From sequence record OR805295.1: a stretch of 64,000 bases of DNA. One strand, 5' to 3'. Both the position numbers and the translations under genes were made by a program. The stretch's first letter is position 1; each line of letters opens with the position of its first letter. Under the pieces are notes generated by a model. That model saw only the letters and a program-made list of their open reading frames with translations. It was not told where the DNA came from and made no database searches. Positions 56,378 to 64,000 of the stretch are shown here, one piece after another.

Positions 56378-56590
56378 ATGCTAAAAATTACGATTAAATC
56401 TGATTATAATAATACAAGAAAAATTAGAAAATGGCTATTTACTGAGTTTAGAAATGATATAGGGTGGCACGACATGTTTAAAGACGGAGAACGATACGAA
56501 GTATTTTATTTTAATTCACCCGAATCTGAAATAATAGCTAGGATAAAATACCCATATATATTTATTAATGGAATATCAGAAAGAACATGA
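56378..56590 (+). CDS. Hypothetical protein, possibly a distant member of the small paralog family
   Basis: IRKWL...FYFNSPESEIIARIKY. Confidence 0.5.
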   Translation: MLKITIKSDYNNTRKIRKWLFTEFRNDIGWHDMFKDGERYEVFYFNSPESEIIARIKYPYIFINGISERT

Positions 56591-56922
56591 AAAAATTATA
56601 TTCCGATTATTTAGTATCTGAAGATAATCCCTTGATGTACATGAGCACTAAACCTGTTTATTATAGTAGATGGTCGCCTGCTTGTAAGGATTACTCTAGT
56701 GATGAAATAGATTCATATAGAAGAAAAATAGTTAATATAATAAAAGACATGCGCCGGACTTCTGAATTCGTCGGAGTAGCTATAGACGCCAATGACTTCA
56801 AATATATTGCTTTTAAGAATCACGACGATGCTGTGTATTTTACTCTAAGTGTTGGATCTGAATTTACTAGAGTATATGCATGGCGCACTGGTTTACTTTT
56901 TCATATAACGACAAATGACTAA
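56587..56922 (+). CDS. Hypothetical protein
   Basis: IAFKNHDDAVYFTL motif shared with the small family. Confidence 0.55.
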   Translation: MKKLYSDYLVSEDNPLMYMSTKPVYYSRWSPACKDYSSDEIDSYRRKIVNIIKDMRRTSEFVGVAIDANDFKYIAFKNHDDAVYFTLSVGSEFTRVYAWRTGLLFHITTND

Positions 56923-57217
56923 ACACTGGGACCTATCAAAGTATTCTGTAGATATAGGCGGCGAAGACGGAAATGTATTTTTCCTTGTGGCAAGAATAAA
57001 ACGAATAATACAAGAATTATATTCTTCAGAAGATTCTATAATATTTGCTAAAATGGCTTGGTTTAAAGATTATGAAGCCATTGGGATCGATGCGAAACCG
57101 ACATACTCAGATATACTAAACAGAATTATAGAACTTACAAATATTACCTACATTAGTACATATAAATTGCCACTAGACGACGTACATTATACGCTTTATA
57201 CTACGCATATACTTTAA
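56915..57217 (+). CDS. Hypothetical protein
   Basis: DIGGEDGNVFFLV motif; 100 aa. Confidence 0.55.
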   Translation: MTKHWDLSKYSVDIGGEDGNVFFLVARIKRIIQELYSSEDSIIFAKMAWFKDYEAIGIDAKPTYSDILNRIIELTNITYISTYKLPLDDVHYTLYTTHIL

Positions 57218-57239
57218 TAACCGCCGCTGGAGACATGCA

Positions 57240-57740
57240 ATGGCAACTGTGAACCAAAAAAATACTTCTGTAAATGCCCAAGCTACCGATGCAAATGCAG
57301 ATCCACTAGCGCACCGCAAGGTAATCGGGGAAAAAGAGAAAAAAGCTATTGCTCGTAAAATGCGAGTATTGCGACTGAAATATTTTTTCGCCGAATTAAA
57401 GGAAAAAATTTGCAGTATTCGTTTTACTAAACATCATCTAATTCATTGGCGAAATACTATGTGGCTCAACGCTGCATTTTTTCTCCGCGGCTTAGTAGGG
57501 ATTATGACCTTCGGCCTTGTTGAGTTAGAACTAACTGGCAAACCGTCTACTTACCGAGCTGTTTCTGCTGCTGTGCTCCGAGAGAACCTGGAGCGACAGC
57601 TAGCAGAGACAGAAGCATATAAGTCCGGAGAACAAGTCCTAGTAGGTACTAGTAGTTCGGATTCAAAACGGCAAACAGTTGCCGATGCGAGTGAAGATGA
57701 GTTGGACGACTGGCTCAAGCACTTTTCCGGACGCAGCTAA
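57240..57740 (+). CDS. Hypothetical protein
   Basis: GGAG SD; 166 aa; GC-richer than background. Confidence 0.6.
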   Translation: MATVNQKNTSVNAQATDANADPLAHRKVIGEKEKKAIARKMRVLRLKYFFAELKEKICSIRFTKHHLIHWRNTMWLNAAFFLRGLVGIMTFGLVELELTGKPSTYRAVSAAVLRENLERQLAETEAYKSGEQVLVGTSSSDSKRQTVADASEDELDDWLKHFSGRS

Positions 57741-57755
57741 GACCTGCATAGTTGT

Positions 57756-57795
57756 AAAAGGGCACTTGACAAGTGCCCTTTTTTTGCCATATAAT
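57756..57795 (+). terminator. Terminator whose loop is a sigma70 -35 box
   Basis: AAAAGGGCACTT-GAC-AAGTGCCCTTTTTTT; TTGACA at 57766-71, 18 bp, TATAAT at 57790-95. Confidence 0.8.
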
Positions 57796-57815
57796 ATAGG
57801 AAAAGGAATTTCTAT

Positions 57816-58112
57816 ATGATTAACGGCGATTGGTCTAAATTAACAGATGAAGAATTGCAGTCTAGATTGATGAAAGCAAGGGAATATTTAAATCAAGCAC
57901 ATATGGCTGGCCATCATACATTAATACACAGTGTAGAAATAACACTGGCACAACTAGAAGAAGAATACGAATACAGGATGACCAAGGCACGTAATGAGCA
58001 ATTAACAAAAGAAAATATGGCAAAAGGTATAGATCCCCTTGCTCCTATTAATTTAGGTAAAGTATCGGGTGACCCAACTGCATTAGACCGTATAACAAAA
58101 AGGAACAAATAA
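57816..58112 (+). CDS. Hypothetical coiled-coil protein
   Basis: 98 aa; AAGGA SD. Confidence 0.6.
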   Translation: MINGDWSKLTDEELQSRLMKAREYLNQAHMAGHHTLIHSVEITLAQLEEEYEYRMTKARNEQLTKENMAKGIDPLAPINLGKVSGDPTALDRITKRNK

Positions 58113-58820
58113 ATGTTTGCTGACGTACAAGGGTTTTATTCTTTTAAAAGAAAATTTAAAACACACGTTCTTACTTCTGTATTAAAAGAAACTGAATGGG
58201 AAATTATAATTGGATTCGTTCCTGCAAAGGATGCAAGCAACGGAGAAGATTTAATTGATTTTGAAGTTCAAAAAAATATAATAGATTACTGGATTTCTAA
58301 TTACGTAGAAGGCAGTATTATCGTCGATATGAGCGATACTAGAATTTCTATGTTGTATGATATAGCAGAAAATAACATAATAGGTGTTCCTAGTTTTCCT
58401 AAAGATTTAAAAACACTAGCAATGGTTTTTCATTCTAAGATTTCATCTATAACAGATGGTAAGCTATCTATAGGTGACATTATTATATCAGACGATAGTA
58501 ATTTTAGTTACACATTCGGAAAACATGTAGATGAAATATATGATCTTCCTACAATAGACGATATGTTTCCTAATGAAGATGAAAAACCTATATGGGACGT
58601 GCCGTGGTGGGATAGGGTTGATGTAGATACATTTGATTATGTTCCTGATTTAGAAAATCGTACATTAGAAGAAGTACAAATGTCTGTTTGTACAAGACAT
58701 GTGTTAAATGATATTAACGATAAGTTCGAAGCTGCAATAAAAGAAGAATTGGGTATAAATGTAGAAACTGAAGACAATGTTGTAGACATAGTTGATGTTT
58801 TAAATGAACGACAAATATAA
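58113..58820 (+). CDS. Conserved hypothetical protein (acidic)
   Basis: 235 aa; PWWDRVDVDTFD; overlaps the start of the dnaE N-half. Confidence 0.65.
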   Translation: MFADVQGFYSFKRKFKTHVLTSVLKETEWEIIIGFVPAKDASNGEDLIDFEVQKNIIDYWISNYVEGSIIVDMSDTRISMLYDIAENNIIGVPSFPKDLKTLAMVFHSKISSITDGKLSIGDIIISDDSNFSYTFGKHVDEIYDLPTIDDMFPNEDEKPIWDVPWWDRVDVDTFDYVPDLENRTLEEVQMSVCTRHVLNDINDKFEAAIKEELGINVETEDNVVDIVDVLNERQI

Positions 58821-59313
58821 TAGAAAAGAAATAACTATAACAACAGGCATAAATATCCTTTTGCAAGGGAACCAGCTGGGAGATCCACTCTTTGTTGACA
58901 ATGAAGACATAAACAAGTATAATATGCACGTAGAACAAGTATTAGGGTTGCATAAACTTAATACGACGAAACACTTAACTTGTTCTGTTGATGAATTTCA
59001 TGAAAAAATGTCTTCAGAATGGTTTATGCCACCGGAATTTAAAAATATAGATATAGATTCTTTTATATTAAATTTATGTGACACTGATGCACAAAAAGAA
59101 AGAGTATTAATGGAACTGAAACTCTTTCAAGAACGCAGTTTATACAATATGCTAAGATTTATGATATATTTTGTATCATATATGAGGGAAAATTGCCTTA
59201 TCTGGGGTGTGGGTCGCGGGTCTAGTGTTGCGTCTTATGTATTATTTTTAATAGGCGTGCATAAAGTAGATTCACTAAAATATAATTTAGATATAAAAGA
59301 ATTTCTAAAATAA
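58804..59313 (+). CDS. dnaE: Miniature DNA polymerase III alpha (family C), N-terminal palm half
   Basis: RVLMELKLF...LIWGVGRGSSVASYVLFLIGVHKVDSLKYNLDIKEFLK matches DnaE GPGRGSxAGSLVAYxLxITxxDPLxYxLLFERFLN. Confidence 0.85.
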   Translation: MNDKYNRKEITITTGINILLQGNQLGDPLFVDNEDINKYNMHVEQVLGLHKLNTTKHLTCSVDEFHEKMSSEWFMPPEFKNIDIDSFILNLCDTDAQKERVLMELKLFQERSLYNMLRFMIYFVSYMRENCLIWGVGRGSSVASYVLFLIGVHKVDSLKYNLDIKEFLK

Positions 59314-59325
59314 AAGGAGTTAATT

Positions 59326-59667
59326 ATGCAAAAAAAATCTAACAATGGCGTATTAGTAGATATGGATTCACTCCGTATTCAAAATGAAAATGTAGTTGCA
59401 GTGGGAAACATGAATGTTAACGCAAAAGGCGACAAGTTGGGTCCAGGCGGCGAAATTATAGAAACTGCCGCCGAGCGAGTTCACAGATACCATTCTGAAC
59501 ATCAAACAGAAACTGCAACAGCTTCTATCAAACCCAATCTAGATGAAGAAGATGAGCACGAAGAAGTAGTACAACCTAAAAAAGTTACAAAAGAAAAACG
59601 TAAGAAAGAAATTATAGATGACGAAGGGAACATTACTATAACAGAAGATAGTAATAAAGATATTTAA
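59326..59667 (+). CDS. Conserved hypothetical protein
   Basis: VDMDSLRIQNE...AVGNMNVNAKGDKLGPGG. Confidence 0.65.
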   Translation: MQKKSNNGVLVDMDSLRIQNENVVAVGNMNVNAKGDKLGPGGEIIETAAERVHRYHSEHQTETATASIKPNLDEEDEHEEVVQPKKVTKEKRKKEIIDDEGNITITEDSNKDI

Positions 59668-59668
59668 A

Positions 59669-59995
59669 ATGAATATAATACCACTTCATAACAATATTAT
59701 TGTAACTAATTTTAAAAAAGGCGAACGCACGGTAGGCGGTATTATTTTTACAGATGATAACGGTAAGTCACACGGCATCCGCGCTCGATGGGCACAAGTA
59801 TCCCATATAAGAGAAGATCAAAAAGATACATTTGTTGTAGGCCAATGGGTGTTAATTAAGCACGGTCGTTGGTCCCGTCCAGTACACACTACAGATCAAA
59901 ATGTATATTACTGTGCTGAAATAGATTCTATTTTATTGGTATCTGATGAAGAGCCAGAAGACAATATAATAGTAGAAACACGAGTTTATAATTAA
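59669..59995 (+). CDS. groES: Co-chaperonin GroES-like (gp31-type)
   Basis: IIPLHNNIIV...GERTVGGII...VGQWVLI...DSILLV. Confidence 0.8.
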   Translation: MNIIPLHNNIIVTNFKKGERTVGGIIFTDDNGKSHGIRARWAQVSHIREDQKDTFVVGQWVLIKHGRWSRPVHTTDQNVYYCAEIDSILLVSDEEPEDNIIVETRVYN

Positions 59996-60008
59996 GGCAT
60001 AATATCTA

Positions 60009-60938
60009 ATGAAAGAATTATGGACAGAAAAATATCGTCCTAAAAAAGTAGAAGATTACGTATTTACTAGTGAACAGCAAAAGAAGCAAGTACAAAGTTG
60101 GATAGACAATAAAAGTATTGGAAATCTTTTGCTTACTGGTACGCCCGGTGTAGGCAAAACTACTTTAGCTAGGTTACTGTTAAATGAATTAGGAGTAATG
60201 GATGCCGATTGTCTGTTCATTAACGCATCTAGAGATAACGGTGTAGATTTTATTAGGGACACAGTTAGTGGGTTTGCTTCTACATTACCGTTCGGTGATT
60301 TTAAATATATTATACTAGACGAGTGTGACCATTTAAGTATAAATGCACAAGCAACACTTCGCGGAATATTAGAGCAATATTCAAATTCTTGTAGATTTAT
60401 TCTCACAGGTAATTATCAAAATAAAATTATCCCTGCATTACACAGTCGTTGTCAGAGTTTCCACGTAGAAAAAGTAGATGAAGTCGAATTTACTACACGA
60501 ATGGCGACTATACTTTTAAATGAAGGCATTAGTTTTGAATTAGAAGTGTTAGACGATTTCGTAAAATCTACGTATCCTGATCTTAGAAAATGCATTAATG
60601 TACTTCAGCAGAATACAACTAGTGGTGTATTAGAAATACCGCAAGCATCTAGTGTAACAACAGAAGATTATAAGATTAGTGCAATTGCTCTGTTTAAAAA
60701 TGGAAAATATTCCGAAGCAAGGCAACTTATATGTAAACAAATACGACAAGAAGAGTATGATGATATGTATAGGTTTATGTATGATAATTTAGATCTTTGG
60801 GGTGATACTGATGATCAAAAAGATAGTGCAATTCTTATTATTAGAAATGGCTTATCTAAACACTCATTAGTTGCTGATCCGGAAATAAACTTATCAGCAA
60901 CAATTATAGAACTAGAACGAAACAGACGAGGACTTTAA
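60009..60938 (+). CDS. Clamp-loader large subunit (gp44/RFC-like AAA+)
   Basis: WTEKYRP, GTPGVGKT, INAS, LDECD, SRC. Confidence 0.93.
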   Translation: MKELWTEKYRPKKVEDYVFTSEQQKKQVQSWIDNKSIGNLLLTGTPGVGKTTLARLLLNELGVMDADCLFINASRDNGVDFIRDTVSGFASTLPFGDFKYIILDECDHLSINAQATLRGILEQYSNSCRFILTGNYQNKIIPALHSRCQSFHVEKVDEVEFTTRMATILLNEGISFELEVLDDFVKSTYPDLRKCINVLQQNTTSGVLEIPQASSVTTEDYKISAIALFKNGKYSEARQLICKQIRQEEYDDMYRFMYDNLDLWGDTDDQKDSAILIIRNGLSKHSLVADPEINLSATIIELERNRRGL

Positions 60939-60939
60939 T

Positions 60940-61302
60940 ATGGTTTCAACTAAACGAGCATACATTGTACTGACTCATCGATATTCACTAAAGAAATACA
61001 CTAAAGACCAATGGGAAGTAACAGAAGAGTGTTCATTTCTTAATAAATTGCCGAATTCTGTGTTGCTTCAATCGTCTGTTATTTTAGATGCAAAGACAGA
61101 AACTGTATATAAAAATAGAACAGAAGGCAATGCATCATATAACGAAATTGCAAAATATGTTGCCGAAAAATATCCCATTCAGTTTGGGCAATTTTATAGC
61201 CTTTTAGGTAAAGAGAATCCATTTGCAATAAAAGAATCAAATACTGCCAGCGAAGAAACCACAGAACCCGAAAATAGCGAGACAGAATCTAGTGAGCAAT
61301 AA
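60940..61302 (+). CDS. Hypothetical protein
   Basis: 120-aa ORF. Confidence 0.6.
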   Translation: MVSTKRAYIVLTHRYSLKKYTKDQWEVTEECSFLNKLPNSVLLQSSVILDAKTETVYKNRTEGNASYNEIAKYVAEKYPIQFGQFYSLLGKENPFAIKESNTASEETTEPENSETESSEQ

Positions 61303-61888
61303 TCTTATACTAGTAGATGTTGATGGTGTACTTTTAAAATGGTATCCCGAATTTTTAAATTTTTTGAAATCTAAAAACCTTATACCGCAAGATAGTAATA
61401 TTGTTGCATCTACGTATGATATGGCATCTGACTTAAAATTAGATAAAGATGCCATTAATGAACTTATAACAGAGTTTAATAATTCTAGTGCAATGCGATA
61501 TCTGTCTCCCATGGATAACGCAGTAGATGCTATTAATAAATTAAAAGATAAAGGATTTAGTTTTGTTGCTATTAGTAGCTTAAGTGGGAAAGAACATGCA
61601 CTAGATAATAGAAAATACAATATCTCTGAAGTATTCGGCAAAGAAGTGTTTGATGAAGTCCACTGCATAGAGCCTGGACTAAGTAAAGAAGAATTGTTAA
61701 AGAAATATTCTAAAGATGCAATTCTCTGGATAGAAGACCATCCAGGTAACGCAGAATTAGGTCACAAACTCGGTATAAAAACTGTTCTTGCACTTCATCC
61801 TCATAATACAAATGTAAAAACTTCTAAAAATATTATAAGGATTGATATAGACAAACTTTGGACCGAAATAGAAAATATTGTAAACTAA
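61292..61888 (+). CDS. HAD-family 5'(3')-deoxyribonucleotidase-like phosphatase
   Basis: LVDVDGVL, ISS, K, WIEDH. Confidence 0.8.
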   Translation: MSNNLILVDVDGVLLKWYPEFLNFLKSKNLIPQDSNIVASTYDMASDLKLDKDAINELITEFNNSSAMRYLSPMDNAVDAINKLKDKGFSFVAISSLSGKEHALDNRKYNISEVFGKEVFDEVHCIEPGLSKEELLKKYSKDAILWIEDHPGNAELGHKLGIKTVLALHPHNTNVKTSKNIIRIDIDKLWTEIENIVN

Positions 61889-61890
61889 CA

Positions 61891-61972
61891 AAAATAAAAC
61901 CCTAACTAGTTAGGGTTTTATTTTGGGTTTAATAATTAAACAAAATAAAAGGGGCATATGCCCCTTTTATTT
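61891..61972. terminator. Two tandem bidirectional terminators between convergent genes
   Basis: AAAATAAAACCCTAAC-TA-GTTAGGGTTTTATTTT and AAATAAAAGGGGCA-TA-TGCCCCTTTTATTT. Confidence 0.85.
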
Positions 61973-62744
61973 AATTAATGTCCTTATACATTTCTAAGAT
62001 ATCTTCAATCAGTGGATGACGTTTAATATCCTTTGAAGTAAATTTAATGACACTTATGTGTTTATTGCCGCCTGCTCTATCGAGTCTTTCTAAGAAATCT
62101 TTTAGTCCATTTATTTCGAAGCCCCGATCATGTTGCTCTATATCACCAGTAACAATCATTTTACAATTCTCACCTATTCTTGAAAAAAGCATTTTAGACA
62201 TGTTAGGCGTTGTATTCTGTATTTCGTCTGCTAATATAACACAATTTTTAAATGTTCTGCCTCTCATATATGCAAGGGGAGCAATTTCTATAATTTCTTC
62301 CATAAGCATTTGTTCTATTTCGACAGGGGAATAATATTCTTTAAACACATCCATTATTGGTATTACCCAAGGAGCCATTTTATCTATTAGCGTGCCTGGC
62401 AAAAAACCGTGTTCTTCGTCGACTGATACTGCTGGCCTAGTAATTACAATCTTATCGCATTTACCTTCTTTATATGCTTTAATTGCATACATAGATGCTA
62501 GTAATGTTTTTCCAGAACCCGCCGGACCTGTTGCAAATACAATGTGCTGTGTATCGTCTTCCAACGCGTCTACATATTCTTCTTGTGCTAAGCTTTTTGG
62601 TATTAGCTTAACTTCTTGTTTTCTTTGTATAGATCTTACTTGTTTAGTATTAGTAGACGGCTGAACAACATTGTTAGTTACTAGATGAAAGGTACTGTTA
62701 GGACCTTCGCTTGCTCGAGCTTTGCGCTTATCACGTTGTTTCAA
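61971..62744 (-). CDS. phoH: PhoH-family ATPase
   Basis: GPAGSGKT, TRPAV, GFLPG, AYMRGRTF, DEIQN, TGDIEQHD, RHPLI; TTG start with GGGAG SD. Confidence 0.95.
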   Translation of the reverse strand: MKQRDKRKARASEGPNSTFHLVTNNVVQPSTNTKQVRSIQRKQEVKLIPKSLAQEEYVDALEDDTQHIVFATGPAGSGKTLLASMYAIKAYKEGKCDKIVITRPAVSVDEEHGFLPGTLIDKMAPWVIPIMDVFKEYYSPVEIEQMLMEEIIEIAPLAYMRGRTFKNCVILADEIQNTTPNMSKMLFSRIGENCKMIVTGDIEQHDRGFEINGLKDFLERLDRAGGNKHISVIKFTSKDIKRHPLIEDILEMYKDIN

Positions 62745-62920
62745 AAGTATGACTCCCGGTTAAAATCTTATTTTTAGTGTGATAATATGTATAAAGACCT
62801 AATCTTTACATTGTTATTTATGTGTGTTATTATACATTAAGACTTAAGAAAAATCTACATCTAATTTTAAATATTAAGATTAATGTGTAGATAAATATAA
62901 TATATTATTTGGATAGTAAA

Positions 62921-63442
62921 ATGAACAAACACAATGCAGATACTGCTAGAGAGAATTTAGTTCAAATAGCAGGAAACAATAAAGTATTAGATATGCTCAT
63001 AGAATTAGAAAAAACATTAGATAACTGTAATGTTTTTTCTTATGCAAATTGGAATAAAGGAGAATTAGTTGCCGGACCCTTTATTTCTAGATATTGGGTT
63101 ACTACTACTTGGATGTACAATGAAAAAGATATGCCAGATCCCGATGCAGGATTGCGTTTACTAAAATACGGTTGCAAAGTAAAGTACGAAAGGGATGTTT
63201 TTTTAGAACCAAAAAAAGTAACAGGTAGACCTGACTACGAAAACCCATCCACTAAGCAAGCAAAAATAGAAGAATTGCCTATTTGGTTAGTGACAATAAC
63301 TATGCCTAGGAAATTTATAGACGAAGCAATAATAGATGGCATGCAGGATTTCTCTAACGTAGATGATATAGATCCTAGCGCAATAGCCGATGTAGAAGCA
63401 GCAGGCGAAAACGGAATAAACGATGTAGATGGAAATCTATAA
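62921..63442 (+). CDS. Conserved hypothetical protein
   Basis: NWNKGELVAGP..SRYWV...MPDPDAGLRL; GATAAATA at 62890. Confidence 0.7.
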   Translation: MNKHNADTARENLVQIAGNNKVLDMLIELEKTLDNCNVFSYANWNKGELVAGPFISRYWVTTTWMYNEKDMPDPDAGLRLLKYGCKVKYERDVFLEPKKVTGRPDYENPSTKQAKIEELPIWLVTITMPRKFIDEAIIDGMQDFSNVDDIDPSAIADVEAAGENGINDVDGNL

Positions 63443-63471
63443 AATTATTCCATATTATAAAGGGGTATATA

Positions 63472-64000
63472 ATGTTAGCTAGACACTCATTAAAAGGAAC
63501 CGTATTACCTATAATTTCGGTGGATGAGTATATGCCTAAATCTGGAACACAGGAAGAAGTTATAGTCATTGCATTCTATACCATTGACGAAGACCCTGCG
63601 TTTGATTTAGACGATTTTATAGAAAAAAGTTTTATAGAAGTATTAGATGTTGATGTAAGTCCCAATCCCGACGAAAACGGAAATTATTTAGTATTTGTAG
63701 AATTAAAAAGAAAAGCAGGCTTCTTTGAAAAATTTTACAAGATTATAAAAGATGTAGAAAATGTTTCTGGAAAACAAGACTGGGTAGTGAAGGCATATCT
63801 TTGTAACGAATTACTACCATACAATGACGAAAGACTATTAGATTATATAATATTACTAGATGACGAAGAAGCATCAATAACAGAAAGTGTAATATCTATG
63901 CTTACTGACAGTGATATATCTTCTGCTCACATAGATGATTCTAGAATATACATATCTAATTCTCATAGAACAGTAAGTTTTGAGCCATTGTATATAGGCG
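63472..64000 (+). CDS. Conserved hypothetical protein, truncated by the window end (absent from the ORF track)
   Basis: AGGGG SD; MLARHSLKGTVLPIISVDEYMPKSG...DVSPNPDENGNYLVFVE; open to the end. Confidence 0.7.
   Translation, partial: MLARHSLKGTVLPIISVDEYMPKSGTQEEVIVIAFYTIDEDPAFDLDDFIEKSFIEVLDVDVSPNPDENGNYLVFVELKRKAGFFEKFYKIIKDVENVSGKQDWVVKAYLCNELLPYNDERLLDYIILLDDEEASITESVISMLTDSDISSAHIDDSRIYISNSHRTVSFEPLYIG

Noticed and set aside
441-63569. Numerous minus-strand and nested ORFs in the track (e.g. 17165-17614, 30010-30456, 45747-46181, 49294-49719, 61237-61668, 63375-63569)
   Set aside because: They lie antisense to or inside well-supported genes, with no SD, motifs or promoters; treated as shadow ORFs.
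1-64000. Stop-codon reassignment, as seen in some jumbo phages
   Set aside because: Conserved genes are full-length under code 11, and TAG ends genes normally (e.g. 18200, 23152).

Overview
AT-rich 64 kb segment of a large T4-like (jumbo) myophage genome, densely coding and almost all on the + strand, in the standard genetic code. The host is probably a proteobacterium (inferred from the ClpP/ClpX/ClpS/FtsH/bS21/NrdAB types). Gene order: large terminase; gp32 SSB; a uvsX/recA gene fractured by an atypically split intein around a free-standing endonuclease; a second homing endonuclease; uvsY, uvsW and a clamp-loader subunit; primase and helicase; a late block of probable head/virion proteins; nrdAB; a PAAR-peptidase M15 fusion; thyA; folE plus two queD-like genes; a large proteostasis set (clpX, clpP, clpS, ftsH, YccA-like, hsp20, groES); bS21; SOD; DNA ligase; nucleotide-pool enzymes; gp44 clamp loader; phoH. 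Most notable: (1) a miniature family-C (DnaE) polymerase core in two genes 43 kb apart that break exactly between the GRGS and DxDxD motifs, with no intein; (2) a trans-splicing uvsX with a 17-aa IntN; (3) a PAAR spike tip fused to a peptidoglycan peptidase; (4) an RNA regulatory layer: a gene-32-type pseudoknot, SD-sequestering hairpins containing late promoters, a ROSE-like thermometer and leaderless mRNAs. No tRNA, rRNA or CRISPR array was seen. All family assignments come from motifs recognised by eye, not from database searches.
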